Positions 18,500 through 28,286 of a stretch of DNA of 64,000 nucleotides are shown one piece after another. The DNA is from Deltaproteobacteria bacterium (GTDB lineage Bacteria > Myxococcota > JACRCW01). Position numbers and translations under genes: made by a program. The stretch spans positions 1,646 to 65,645 of the forward strand of contig JACRCW010000025.1 in the NCBI GenBank assembly GCA_016218805.1, read 5' to 3'. The notes below the pieces were generated by a model. The model was given only the letters and a program-made list of their open reading frames with translations, searched no databases and was not told the DNA's origin. Numbering within the stretch: position 1 is the stretch's first letter; each line of letters begins with the position of its first letter.

Positions 18500-19479
18500 A
18501 GGCCGCGCCGGCCCGCGTCAGGATCAGCGCCCCAGCACAGCAGTCCCGCGGTGCAGGCCCCGCCGTCACACGGGTCCGCGCACACCACCCCGCCATCAAA
18601 CGTGGCCGTGCCAAAGCGCGCGCAGCGCCCGGATGCGCACTGGTCCGCGCGGTCACACGCCGTGCCCACCGGCCGCGTGTCCACCAGCGGCGTGCAGGCG
18701 CGCGCCCCGCCCTGCAGCGCCAGGCAGGCGCCTGCGGGCGGGCACTCCTGGTCCGGCCCGCACGGCCCCACGCACACCGCGCCGCCGTCCACGGCGAAGC
18801 AGATGGCGGACACGCACTCGCGGGGGTCACCGCAGGCGCCCAGGTCCGGCACCGGCACCACGCAGGCGCTCCCGTAGGCGTGGGTGGTGTCACAGATGGC
18901 GCCGGCGTCCCCGCAGCCGGCTTCGCAGCCGCCGGCGCACTGGTACCGCCCGCCCCAGGGGACGCAGCGGCCTCCCGCGCACTCCCGGCCGGACGAGCAC
19001 GCGTTCCCGGCGGGCAGGACATCCGTAGGCGGCATGCAATAGGGCACGCCGGCCAGCGCGGGCTCCACCGCGCAGCGCAGCGTGGTGTCCGTGCAGGAGC
19101 CGTTGGGAAGGCAAGGCTCCACGCAGATCCCGGAGCCGGCGGATTCCACGCACGCGCCGCTGGCGCACTCCCGCCCGCCGCGGCAGGCGGAGCCGGCGGG
19201 GAGCGTGGCCACCAGCGGCAGGCACAGGCGCACGCCGTCCACCGTGGTGCACGAATGCGCCGCCGCGCAGGTTCCATCCGCCGCGCACGGCAGGCGGCAG
19301 GCGGTCCGTTCACCGGGGACGTGCGCGCAGAAGCCGGAGGCGCACTCGGCGTTGCGTTCGCAGTCCCCGTCAATGGGGGTCCCGCCGCCGTCCGCGCTGC
19401 CACCGTCAGCGCCGGACCCACCGGGCTTGCAGGCCACACTCAGGAGCAGGACGAGGAAACAGGCGAGCGCGCGGTTCAT
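18478..19479 (-). CDS. cysteine-rich repeat lipoprotein (repeated C-x5-C-x-S-G-x-C modules)
   Basis: Start MNRALACFLVLLLSVAC (lipobox) at 19479; repeats ACRGGRECASGACV / ACSSGRECAGGRCV / ACDRADQCASGRCA; longer listed ORF start rejected because it overlaps the tRNA. Confidence 0.55.
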   Translation of the reverse strand: MNRALACFLVLLLSVACKPGGSGADGGSADGGGTPIDGDCERNAECASGFCAHVPGERTACRLPCAADGTCAAAHSCTTVDGVRLCLPLVATLPAGSACRGGRECASGACVESAGSGICVEPCLPNGSCTDTTLRCAVEPALAGVPYCMPPTDVLPAGNACSSGRECAGGRCVPWGGRYQCAGGCEAGCGDAGAICDTTHAYGSACVVPVPDLGACGDPRECVSAICFAVDGGAVCVGPCGPDQECPPAGACLALQGGARACTPLVDTRPVGTACDRADQCASGRCARFGTATFDGGVVCADPCDGGACTAGLLCWGADPDAGRRGLCGPDPY

Positions 19480-19545
19480 GCGCCGGTTGTAGCAGCGCGG
19501 GGTGATCCGGGCGAAAGGAGGGGCACCGTCAGCCGCCGGGCTTGA

Positions 19546-19628
19546 TGCCCAGAGGGGGAATCGAACCCCCATGGCTGTGAACCACACGGACCTGAACCGT
19601 GCGCGTCTACCAATTCCGCCATCTGGGC
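19546..19628 (-). tRNA. tRNA-Leu (anticodon CAG), class II long variable arm, CCA not encoded
   Basis: Reverse complement GCCCAGATGGCGGAATTGGTAGACGCGCACGGTTCAGGTCCGTGTGGTTCACAGCCATGGGGGTTCGATTCCCCCTCTGGGCA folds as cloverleaf: 7-bp acceptor, anticodon stem CACGG/CCGTG, loop TTCAGGT, T-arm GGGGG-TTCGATT-CCCCC. Confidence 0.9.
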
Positions 19629-19702
19629 AGGACAGACGGCTGACGGTGGCGGGCTTCATATGGGAGTGCCGTCGGCGGCGTCAAGAGCGATGTGGCGACC
19701 GT

Positions 19703-22180
19703 TCAGGAGTCCTTGAGCGTGACCACGGTGACGCCGTTGCCGCCTTCACGGTCATTGCCCTTGCGGTGGGATTGGACGGCGGGGTGGCGCGCGAGCACCT
19801 CACGGATGGCGGTGCGCAGGGCTCCCGTGCCATGGCCGTGGAGGACGGTGAGGGGGCCGCTGGCGTCTGGCACCGCGTGGTCCAGGAATGCGGCCAGACG
19901 CTCCAGCGCGTCATCCACGCGCGTGCCGCGCAGGTCCAGCAGGCGGGGATGCGGGTCATCCGGGCGGGCGCGGGGGCGCGGCGGCACCGCGCCGGCGGCG
20001 GGTGGCGGACCGGCCGGCCGCGGCGGCGCAAGATCCCCCAGCGCAACACGCAGCCGCAACGCACCCGCCGCCACCAGGGCATCCCGCGCGGTGAGCTCCA
20101 GCACCTCGCCCTCAACGTCCAGAGTGAGCACGTGCACGCGGCTGCCCACCTGCAGGGGCGCATCATAGGCGCGCTCCTTGGCCTGGCGGCGCCGCTCCAC
20201 CTCCGCCTCGTGGGTGAGCTTCTGCTGCAGGGCGGCCACGTTCCTGAGCGGCGCCTGTGCGGCCTCCAGGCGCGTAGCGTCCCCGGCGCGCACGGCGTCG
20301 CGGATGGTGGTGCGGGCCTCGGCCACGGCCTCCTCCAGCTCCGCGCGCAGCCGCGCGCTGTCATCCAGCAGGCCGCGGCGCACCTCCGTGCGAAGCTCGC
20401 GCGCGCGCAGGCGGAGTGACTCACGCTCCTCCTCCGCCTTCTGCCGGGCCGCCACCCCCGCTTCGTGGGCCCGCGCCACGGTGGCGCGTTCCTCATCCAG
20501 CGCTTCCCGCTGCGCGCCCAGTGCGCGCAGCAGCTCCTCCAGGCGGCGGCCCTGCTCGCTGGAGAGCTCACGCGCGCGCTCCACAATGGGCCCCGGCAGC
20601 CCCAGCATGGCCGCCATGTCCAGCGCGCTTGAGGAGCCGGGCGTGTCGTAGGTCAGCCGGTAGGTGGGGCGCAGCGTGCCGGAGGCCAGCCCCACCGCCG
20701 CGTTGCGGAACACGGCGCGTTGCGCGGGGTCCAGGCCCGGGGCCTTGAGCTTCTCAAAGTGCGTGGTGGCGACGACGTCCGCACCCAAGCGCGCCAGCTC
20801 TTCCAGCACCGCCTGGCCCAGCGCCGCGCCCTGGTCCGGGTCGGTGCCCGCCATGATCTCATCCAGAACGCACAGGCAACCGTGGTGCTCCGCAGCGGCG
20901 CGGCGAACACCGTGCAGCATGTCCCGGATGGCCTGCAGGTGCGCGGCAAAACTGCTGAGCCCCTCCTGGAGCGACTGCCCGTCGCCCACCACGGCGTGGA
21001 CGCGGTCGTACAGCGGCAGCGTGCTGCCGTCCTCAACGGGAAGCGGCAGGCCCGCGCGCACCATGACCGCGGACAACCCCGCGCCCTTGAGCGCCACCGT
21101 CTTGCCCCCCGTGTTGGGACCGGTGATCACCAGCACCCGCGGCTCACCCACAAGCAGGTCGTTGGCCACCACGGTGGACGCGTCCCCGGCCGCCAGTGCA
21201 TCCAGCGCCAGCAGCGGGTGCCGGAATCCGCGCAGCACCATGGCGCGGCCGCCGCCGCCATCAGGCGCGGACAGCGCCGGGACGCGGCCGCCCAGGTCCA
21301 CGCCCAGACGCGCCCCGGCACACACCACGTCCAACGCGTGGAGCGACTCCACGTCAATGGCGATCTCCCGGGCGCGTGCGCCGACCAGCGTGCTGAGGTG
21401 CTGGAGGATCCGGTGCTCCTCCTGCGCCACGTCCGCCTGGGCCGCCTTGAGACGGTTGCCCAGGTCCACCACCTCCTGCGGCTCAATGAAGTAGGTCTGG
21501 TGCGTCTGTGAGGTGTCGTGGACAATGCCCTGCACGCGCCAGCGTTCGTGCGCCTTGACGGGGAGCACGTAGCGGTCTTCGCGCAGCGTGTGGAAGGTGT
21601 CCTGGAGCAGCCCCTGCGCGTCGAACTCACGCACCATCTGCTCCATCCGCACGCCCAGCGTTTCGCGCAGGCCGGCGGCGCGGCGCCGCAGTTCCCCCAG
21701 CTCCGGTGACGCGCTGTCCGCCACACGTCCGGTCCGCTCAATGCTGCGGTCCAACGTCCGCACCAGGCCCGAATAATCCCCAAATGCCTCCAGGCGTCCC
21801 GCCACCGTCGGCGCACGCTCCCGGCGCGCCACGCACCAGTTGGAGACGCGCTCGCCCGCGCCCAGCGACGCGGCCACATCCAGCAACTGCCGCGGCTCCA
21901 GCACGCCGCCGCGCTCCGCCAGGCGCACCGCCGCCGTCACGTCCACCACACCGCCCAGGACGGGCCATTCCTCGTCCTCACGCGCCACGGCCATCAGCTC
22001 CGCGGTGGCTGCCAGTTGCGCCGCCACCGCGGTGGAATCCGGCAACAGCGGCAGTGCCGTGCAGCGGGCCTTGCCGCCGTCGGTCTGCGCGCGCGCAGCC
22101 ACCGCCGCCTGCACGCGCGGGAAGTCCAGCTCCGCAAGCGTGCGTGCATCAACGTTGGGGAGAGTGCGGGCGGTGGTCAT
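19703..22180 (-). CDS. mutS2: endonuclease MutS2 (MutS domain ATPase plus C-terminal Smr domain)
   Basis: Start MTTARTLPNVD at 22180; Walker A GPNTGGKTV; C-terminal Smr (LDLRGTRVDDALERL..LTVLHGHGTGALR). Confidence 0.85.
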   Translation of the reverse strand: MTTARTLPNVDARTLAELDFPRVQAAVAARAQTDGGKARCTALPLLPDSTAVAAQLAATAELMAVAREDEEWPVLGGVVDVTAAVRLAERGGVLEPRQLLDVAASLGAGERVSNWCVARRERAPTVAGRLEAFGDYSGLVRTLDRSIERTGRVADSASPELGELRRRAAGLRETLGVRMEQMVREFDAQGLLQDTFHTLREDRYVLPVKAHERWRVQGIVHDTSQTHQTYFIEPQEVVDLGNRLKAAQADVAQEEHRILQHLSTLVGARAREIAIDVESLHALDVVCAGARLGVDLGGRVPALSAPDGGGGRAMVLRGFRHPLLALDALAAGDASTVVANDLLVGEPRVLVITGPNTGGKTVALKGAGLSAVMVRAGLPLPVEDGSTLPLYDRVHAVVGDGQSLQEGLSSFAAHLQAIRDMLHGVRRAAAEHHGCLCVLDEIMAGTDPDQGAALGQAVLEELARLGADVVATTHFEKLKAPGLDPAQRAVFRNAAVGLASGTLRPTYRLTYDTPGSSSALDMAAMLGLPGPIVERARELSSEQGRRLEELLRALGAQREALDEERATVARAHEAGVAARQKAEEERESLRLRARELRTEVRRGLLDDSARLRAELEEAVAEARTTIRDAVRAGDATRLEAAQAPLRNVAALQQKLTHEAEVERRRQAKERAYDAPLQVGSRVHVLTLDVEGEVLELTARDALVAAGALRLRVALGDLAPPRPAGPPPAAGAVPPRPRARPDDPHPRLLDLRGTRVDDALERLAAFLDHAVPDASGPLTVLHGHGTGALRTAIREVLARHPAVQSHRKGNDREGGNGVTVVTLKDS

Positions 22181-22256
22181 GGCGGAGTGGAGTCCTGATT
22201 CTCTCGACGAGGAGGGCGCTTGTATCAAGCCCGCCGCCGGGCCGCCACCCGCGCCT

Positions 22257-23252
22257 TCACGACGCGGCGCGCACCATGCGGTCCCGCAGCGCATCCCAGG
22301 CCGCGCCCTCTGGCGGCGCTTCCATGACGAGCATGGAACATCCGGCGTCCTCCATGCGGTGGAGCGCGTCGTAGAACAGCGCCTGCGCCTCGCCGGGGTC
22401 CGGCGGCAGCTTCACGCCCAGCAGCGCGCCCCCCACGTCAAACGAAAACACCAGCGCCCCATGCCCCGGCCCCGCTTCACCCCGCGCCGCCTGCCACGCG
22501 GCGGTGTCACCGTGCGCCACCAGAGTGACCGGCACCCGCGGCGCGTAGTGACGCTGCGCCATCCCCGGGGAGGCGCGCGCCGCGCCGTCCTCCACCCGCG
22601 GCCCGTGCACAAACGCCACGCCGGGCAACGCGGCGCGCAACTGGTCAAGCGGCACACCCCCGGGCCGCAGCAGCGCGGGCTCAGCGCCGGAGAGATCCAC
22701 CACGGTGCTCTCCACGCCCACATCACAGCGGCCGCCGTCCAGCACCAGGTCCACCGCGTCCCCCAGGCTGCGCACCACGTGCTCCGCGCGGGTGGGGGAG
22801 ACGTGCATGAAGCGGTTGGCGGACGGCGCGGCCACGGGCTCACCCAAAGCGGCAATCAGCGCGCGGGCCACCGGGTGCGCGGGAACGCGCACGGCCACGG
22901 TGGGCAGGCCGGCGTTGACCTCGTCCGGGACGGCGGGAGCGCGGGGCAGCACCAGCGTCAGCGGCCCGGGCCAGAACGCCGCGGCCAGGGTGGCAGCCGT
23001 GGCGGGCCACGCCGACACGACGTGGGCGCGCGCCATCTCCACGCCGGACACATGCACGATGAGCGGGTTCCACCCGGGGCGGCCCTTGGCCGCGTAGATG
23101 CGGCGAACGTGCGCCGCGTCCAGCGCGCGTGCGCCCAGGCCGTAGACCGTCTCAGTGGGGAACGCCACCAGGCCGCCGCGGCGCATGACGTCAACCGCCT
23201 CGGCAATGCGCGCCGGCTCGGGGTGCACGGGGTCGACGGGGAGCACCTTCAT
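22257..23252 (-). CDS. tsaC: L-threonylcarbamoyladenylate synthase, Sua5-type (YrdC domain plus Sua5 C-domain)
   Basis: Start MKVLPVDPVHPE at 23252; YrdC motifs VAFPTETVYGLG, KGRP; about 331 aa. Confidence 0.8.
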   Translation of the reverse strand: MKVLPVDPVHPEPARIAEAVDVMRRGGLVAFPTETVYGLGARALDAAHVRRIYAAKGRPGWNPLIVHVSGVEMARAHVVSAWPATAATLAAAFWPGPLTLVLPRAPAVPDEVNAGLPTVAVRVPAHPVARALIAALGEPVAAPSANRFMHVSPTRAEHVVRSLGDAVDLVLDGGRCDVGVESTVVDLSGAEPALLRPGGVPLDQLRAALPGVAFVHGPRVEDGAARASPGMAQRHYAPRVPVTLVAHGDTAAWQAARGEAGPGHGALVFSFDVGGALLGVKLPPDPGEAQALFYDALHRMEDAGCSMLVMEAPPEGAAWDALRDRMVRAAS

Positions 23253-23340
23253 TGCGCGGGCGCTGGAAGCTAGGCGGCGCCAACGGCGGCGGCAACCGCG
23301 GCGGATGCCTCGCCGGAGCGGAACGGGTATGTGTGGGCGC

Positions 23341-23766
23341 ATGAGCGCGCTCGTCGTCCACCAGCAGTTCCTGGAGGTCCCTACCCGTGGCCGGGGCCTG
23401 GTCAACGTCACGCCGCGCATTGCCGAGGTGGTGGCCGCCTCCGGCGTGCGCACGGGACTGTGCGTCGCCTTCATCCAGCACACCTCCGCCAGCCTGGTCA
23501 TCCAGGAGAACGCGGACCCCTCCGTGCAGCGTGACCTGCTGCACTGGCTGGATGACCTGGCGCCGGAGACGCGCGGCTGGGAGCATGACGCCGAAGGGCC
23601 CGACGACATGCCCGCGCACGCCAAGAGCGCGGTGACCCGCACCAGCGAGACGATCCCCGTGGTGGAGGGCCGGCTGGCGCTGGGCACCTGGCAGGGCCTG
23701 TACCTGGCGGAACACCGCGCACGCCCGCACGTGCGGCGCCTGGTGGTGCACGTCCAGGGGTGCTGA
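23341..23766 (+). CDS. YjbQ/UPF0047 family protein (secondary thiamine-phosphate synthase-like)
   Basis: ATG at 23341 (MSALVVHQQFLEV...); about 141 aa typical YjbQ; 3-nt gap to uvrC start. Confidence 0.7.
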   Translation: MSALVVHQQFLEVPTRGRGLVNVTPRIAEVVAASGVRTGLCVAFIQHTSASLVIQENADPSVQRDLLHWLDDLAPETRGWEHDAEGPDDMPAHAKSAVTRTSETIPVVEGRLALGTWQGLYLAEHRARPHVRRLVVHVQGC

Positions 23767-23769
23767 GAC

Positions 23770-25827
23770 ATGGCGGCGGATGAGACGGAGGACCGCTACC
23801 GCGGCCTGCCCGCGGGACTGGGCGAGCGTATCGACAACCTGCCGCAGGAACCCGGCGTGTACCTGATGCGCAACCGGCGCGCCGAGGTGATCTACGTCGG
23901 CAAGGCGGTCAACCTGCGCAGCCGCGTGCGCAGCTACTTCGGACGGGGGGATGGACGCGCGTTTGTGGCGCTGCTGCACAAGCTGCTGGGAGACATTGAG
24001 GTCATCCTGGTGCGCAGCGAAAAGGAAGCGCTGCTGCTGGAACAACAGCTCATCAAGGAGCACCGCCCGCGTTTCAACGTCATTCACCGTGACGACAAGA
24101 GCTTCATCACGCTGGCCCTCAACACGCGGCATGACTGGCCGCGCATTGAGGTCACCCGCACCCACCAACTGCAGCAGGACGGCCCCAAGCCGGGGCACCG
24201 CTACTTCGGCCCGTTCTCGTCCGCCGCGGCGGTACGGGCCACGTTGCGGGTGCTCAACCATCACTTCCTGTTGCGCACCTGCACGGACCACGTGCTGCAG
24301 AACCGCGAGCGCCCGTGCCTGGAGTACCAGATTGGCCGCTGCATGGCGCCGTGCGTGTACGACGTGCCCGGCGACGTGTACCGCCAGCACGTGGACGACG
24401 CGGTGCTGTTCCTGTCCGGGCGCCGTGGTGCATTGGCCACGGAGTTGCGGCGCCGCATGACGGAGGCTTCGGACGGATTGCGGTTTGAGGAGGCGGCGCG
24501 GCTGCGGGACCAGTTGGTGGACGTGGAGCGCACCACGGAGAAGCAGGTGATGGCGGACGCCACGGGCCAGGAAGACACGGACATCCTGGGCCTGTGGCGT
24601 GAAGGCAGCACCGCCGCGGTAGGCGTGCTGGAGGCGCGGGGCGGGCGCGTGCTGGGGAAGGACGTCCTCACCTACCGGGACGCGGAGCTGCCCGATGACG
24701 AGTTGGTGCTCCAGGTGCTGGATGCGCGCTACGCGGACGTCCCCGGCGAAGACCTGCCCGCCGCCATCCTGGTACCCGCGGAGTTGCCCGACGACGAGCG
24801 CGCCGCGCGTGAGGCGCTGCTCACCGAGCGGCGCGGCCGGCGCGTGGAGGTGCACTTCCCGCAGCGCGGGGACCGGCGCGCGCTGCTGGAGATTGCCAAC
24901 CGCAACGCGCGCGCCGCGCTGGAGGAGAAAGCGCAGCAGGAGGCCACGCGGCGGGACGCGGTGGAGCGCCTCACGCAGCGGCTGGGACTGGGGCGGCGGC
25001 CCACGGTGATGGAGTGCTTTGATATCTCGCTGTTCCAGGGCTCTGCGCCGGTGGCCAGCCAGGTGACGTTTGTTGACGGGGCGCCGGAGAAGAAGCGCTA
25101 CCGCAAGTACGGCGTGCGCACGGTGGAGGGCACGGACGACTTCGCCATGATGCACGAGGTGCTCACGCGCCGCCTGGCGCGCGGCGTGACGGAGGGGGAC
25201 CTGCCGGATCTGGTGGTTATTGACGGCGGGCGCGGGCAGCTCAACGCGGCGCTGGCGGCGTTCCGTGACGCGGGTGTGCCCACCAGCGCGCTGGAGGCCA
25301 CCGAACAGAATGCATGGGTTTCTGACGCTGGAACGCCGGCCTGGCCGGATGCGCAGCGTTGGGTGGAGGTGGTGGGCCTGGCCAAGGCACGCACGCTCAA
25401 GGACGGCGGGCGCCGCGGGTGGGCGGGCCGCAAGCGCCTGGTGGAGGACGCGCCCGGCGGTGCGGAGCGCTGGGAAGAGGGCGGAGAAGGCGGTGGCAGC
25501 GCGCACAGCCCGGAGCGCGTGTTCCTGGCGACGGCGAAGGACCCCGTGACGCTGAAGCCCAACAGCGCGGAACTACACCTGCTGACGCAGCTGCGTGACG
25601 AGGCGCACCGGTTCGCCATCACGTTCCACCGCGCGCGGCGGTCCAAGAACACGCTGCGGTCTTCGCTGGACGAGGTGGACGGCGTGGGACCCGCGCGGCG
25701 CAAGGCGCTGCTGCGGCACTTCGGCAGCCTCACCGCGCTGCAGGAAGCGGACGTTGACACCATTGCCGCGGCACCGGGCATCCCGCGGCCGCTGGCGGAG
25801 CGCATCTGGGAACACTTCCGCAAGTGA
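23770..25827 (+). CDS. uvrC: excinuclease ABC subunit C
   Basis: N-terminal GIY-YIG (GVYLMRN..VIYVGKA), UvrBC-interaction region, C-terminal HhH; 685 aa. Confidence 0.9.
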   Translation: MAADETEDRYRGLPAGLGERIDNLPQEPGVYLMRNRRAEVIYVGKAVNLRSRVRSYFGRGDGRAFVALLHKLLGDIEVILVRSEKEALLLEQQLIKEHRPRFNVIHRDDKSFITLALNTRHDWPRIEVTRTHQLQQDGPKPGHRYFGPFSSAAAVRATLRVLNHHFLLRTCTDHVLQNRERPCLEYQIGRCMAPCVYDVPGDVYRQHVDDAVLFLSGRRGALATELRRRMTEASDGLRFEEAARLRDQLVDVERTTEKQVMADATGQEDTDILGLWREGSTAAVGVLEARGGRVLGKDVLTYRDAELPDDELVLQVLDARYADVPGEDLPAAILVPAELPDDERAAREALLTERRGRRVEVHFPQRGDRRALLEIANRNARAALEEKAQQEATRRDAVERLTQRLGLGRRPTVMECFDISLFQGSAPVASQVTFVDGAPEKKRYRKYGVRTVEGTDDFAMMHEVLTRRLARGVTEGDLPDLVVIDGGRGQLNAALAAFRDAGVPTSALEATEQNAWVSDAGTPAWPDAQRWVEVVGLAKARTLKDGGRRGWAGRKRLVEDAPGGAERWEEGGEGGGSAHSPERVFLATAKDPVTLKPNSAELHLLTQLRDEAHRFAITFHRARRSKNTLRSSLDEVDGVGPARRKALLRHFGSLTALQEADVDTIAAAPGIPRPLAERIWEHFRK

Positions 25828-25845
25828 CACACCGCGGAAATCCCA

Positions 25846-27015
25846 TCAATCCCGCAACACCGACGACGCGATGCGGTCCGCCAAGAGCGCTCCGCGCGCC
25901 GTCACGCGGAAACAGCGCGGTGCCGCGCGCTCCAGCAGCCCCTCCCGTGCGTACTGCTCCAGCGCCCCCTCCACGTCGCCAGGCACCCGCACCTGGTGCT
26001 CCGCCTCCAGCGCATCCAGCGCAATGCCGCGCTCCATGTCCCGCAACCCCGCAAACATCCGGTCCGCCAAAGCGTGTGCGCCGTCCAGGTGTTCCTCGTC
26101 GACAATGTGCGCCCGTCCGGCAAGGTACCCCTCCAGGTCCGGCGCGTTGCGTCCGCGCCACGCGGTACCATCGGGGTAGCGCAAGTAGGACGCCGCGCCG
26201 GGTCCCAACCCCAGATACGCCCGCCCCTGCCAGTACAACCGGTTGTGCACCGCCTCGTGGCCCGGCCGCGCGTAGTTGCTGGGCTCGTACTGGCGGAAAC
26301 CGGACGCCGTCAGGCGCGCCTGCACGCGCTCGTAGCGGTCCGCTTCCCCGTCGGAGTCCAGTGCCGCCAGCCTCCCGCGGGACCGCAGGCGCGTGAGGTG
26401 CGTCCCCTCCTCGTACGTCAGGCAATACACGCTCACGTGGTCGGCCATTGACGAGGCCAACGCCAGGTCGCGGTCCAGTTCATCCGCCCCCTGCGTGTCC
26501 GCGCCAAAGATGAGGTCAATGGACAACTCCCGGAACCCTGCACCCGCCAGCCGTTCCACCGCGGTCCGTGCATCCGCACCGGTGTGACCCCGTCCCAGCC
26601 GCTTGAGCGTGGCGTCGTGAAAGCTCTGCACGCCCAGGCTCACGCGCGTCACACCCGCCGCCCGCCACGCGGCCACACTTGCGGGGCTGACGTCGCGCGG
26701 GTTCACCTCCAGCGTGACCTCCGCGCCCGGCGTCAGTGCCGCTTCGCGTCCCACCGCGCTGATGATCGCGTGCACCTGTTCCGGCAGCAGCAGCCCCGGC
26801 GTCCCGCCGCCAAAGTACAGTCCCACCAGCGCGGGCGCCTCACCCAACTGCCCGCGGCGTTCCCGCCATTCATCCACCACCGCCTGCGCAAACCGCGGGT
26901 CCGGCCTCCCCACAACAAAATAGAAGTCACAATACGCACACCGGTGCTTGCACCACGGCACGTGGATGTAGACGCCGGCGGGGCGAACGACGGGGGAGCG
27001 CGCGGGGGGGGCCAA
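25846..27015 (-). CDS. hemW: radical SAM heme chaperone HemW (HemN-like, oxygen-independent coproporphyrinogen oxidase family)
   Basis: VYIHVPWCKHRCAYCDF CxxxCxxC radical-SAM motif near N-terminus; about 380 aa matches HemW; start set at in-frame TTG (27015), exact start uncertain. Confidence 0.7.
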   Translation of the reverse strand: MAPPARSPVVRPAGVYIHVPWCKHRCAYCDFYFVVGRPDPRFAQAVVDEWRERRGQLGEAPALVGLYFGGGTPGLLLPEQVHAIISAVGREAALTPGAEVTLEVNPRDVSPASVAAWRAAGVTRVSLGVQSFHDATLKRLGRGHTGADARTAVERLAGAGFRELSIDLIFGADTQGADELDRDLALASSMADHVSVYCLTYEEGTHLTRLRSRGRLAALDSDGEADRYERVQARLTASGFRQYEPSNYARPGHEAVHNRLYWQGRAYLGLGPGAASYLRYPDGTAWRGRNAPDLEGYLAGRAHIVDEEHLDGAHALADRMFAGLRDMERGIALDALEAEHQVRVPGDVEGALEQYAREGLLERAAPRCFRVTARGALLADRIASSVLRD

Positions 27016-27063
27016 GGGCCGGAGACCTTGCCAAAACCCTTCTGGCCGCGCCACCTTGCCGCC

Positions 27064-27654
27064 GTGGCCAAGCAGGTTGGAACCCCAGAAAAGCGCCCGG
27101 CACGTGCCACCGGTGGGACCGCGGCCACGCGGGATGCCGCGCGGCGCCGCCTGTTGGACCGCGCCAAGGGCCTCATCGGCGCCACCACGGATGACGGCTG
27201 GGACTGGCGCAAGGGTTCGCTCAGCGCACTGGACGTCTTCCCGTTTGCCGCGGAACCGCACCTGCGGGAGGCCATGCTGGCCGATTTCCAACGCGACCAG
27301 GCGGGCTACCGGAAGATCGGCGGCGGGTCCAACACGCCGCGCGCGGCGTACTTTCTCCGTCGTCACGCCAACGTGCGCCACTGCCTGCAGCGGCTGGACC
27401 TGTACTACCCGCGCGGCGGCGCCGTGGAGCCCGCGCCCGGCATGGTGGTGTTCTTTGAGTGGCCGGAGGACCGCGGCCGGTTCAACTTCAAGCCGGACCG
27501 CAGCGGCATCATTGAGTCCGTAGACAAGGGCGAAGTGGTGCGGGCCATCATGGCGGTGCAGGACGCGGACCGCTGGCGCGTGCGCCTGGTGACGCTGCCG
27601 GAGGCCTCACGCGTCGCCATCGTCGCCTACGGCGACTGCCCCGGCCTGGTCTGA
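27064..27654 (+). CDS. hypothetical protein (C-terminal conserved-looking GDCPG motif); start uncertain (alternative ATG at 27274)
   Basis: Only frame with protein-like composition between hemW and greA; C-terminal half MVVFFEWPEDRGRFNFKPDRSGIIES...VAIVAYGDCPGLV; competing minus-frame upstream of hemW is Arg/Gly/Ala junk. Confidence 0.4.
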   Translation: MAKQVGTPEKRPARATGGTAATRDAARRRLLDRAKGLIGATTDDGWDWRKGSLSALDVFPFAAEPHLREAMLADFQRDQAGYRKIGGGSNTPRAAYFLRRHANVRHCLQRLDLYYPRGGAVEPAPGMVVFFEWPEDRGRFNFKPDRSGIIESVDKGEVVRAIMAVQDADRWRVRLVTLPEASRVAIVAYGDCPGLV

Positions 27655-27655
27655 G

Positions 27656-28162
27656 TCACGCGCCGTACTTCACCGTAATGATGGTGACGTCCACCTCGCC
27701 GGCGGGCCGGCGCACCGTGGCCACGTCGTCCACCTTCTTGCGCAGCAGCGCGCGCGCCATGGGGCTGTTGATGGAGATGCGCCCGCCGCCGGAGCCCAGT
27801 TCATCCTCGCCCACAATGGTGTACGTGGCGCGCTTGCCGTCCTCGTCCTCCACCGTCACCGTGGCGCCAAAGTACACCTCCGCCTTCCCCGCGTGGTCCC
27901 GCGGATCCACCACGTTCACCTTGTCCAACCGGCGCTGGAGGAACTGCAGCCGCTTGTCGATCTCGCGCAGCTTCTTCTTGCCGTAGATGTACTCGGCGTT
28001 CTCGCTGCGGTCTCCCTGCGCGGCCGCGTCAGACACCTCCTGCACCACCTTGGGCCGATCCACCTTGGTCAGCCGCTCCAGTTCCGCGGCCAACCGCCGG
28101 TAGCCCTCCAGCGTGATGTGCACCGCGCCGCCCGGGCGCCGCTCGTCGTCCTCGTCCGTCAT
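27656..28162 (-). CDS. greA: transcription elongation factor GreA
   Basis: Start MTDEDDERRPG; GreA coiled-coil motif DRSENAEY and C-terminal FKBP-like domain. Confidence 0.85.
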   Translation of the reverse strand: MTDEDDERRPGGAVHITLEGYRRLAAELERLTKVDRPKVVQEVSDAAAQGDRSENAEYIYGKKKLREIDKRLQFLQRRLDKVNVVDPRDHAGKAEVYFGATVTVEDEDGKRATYTIVGEDELGSGGGRISINSPMARALLRKKVDDVATVRRPAGEVDVTIITVKYGA

Positions 28163-28286
28163 GGTGGACCGGGCATAGCCTCGCCGCGGCGCCGACGCCA
28201 ACGGCGTGGGCCTGATTTGACGCTCCGCTTCGCGGCCTGCTAGCCCCGCGGTCCCCGCGTGGGGACGTCACGGAGGCGCAACCGGC

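Noticed and set aside
18478-19659. Full-length 393-aa call for the Cys-rich lipoprotein ORF
   Set aside because: The N-terminal 60 codons overlap the tRNA-Leu gene; a signal peptide starts at the internal Met (19479), so the shorter CDS was used.
23191-25506. 771-aa minus-strand ORF
   Set aside because: Antisense to uvrC (GIY-YIG and UvrC motifs unambiguous on the plus strand); Arg/Ala/His/Gln-rich junk composition.
25814-25840. Possible bidirectional terminator between uvrC and hemW (TTCCGC-11nt-GCGGAA)
   Set aside because: Stem only 6 bp with a long loop and no U-tract; too weak to call.
28240-28262. Small hairpin GTCCCC-gcgt-GGGGAC upstream of fabD
   Set aside because: Short stem in GC-rich DNA, expected by chance; no clear regulatory role.
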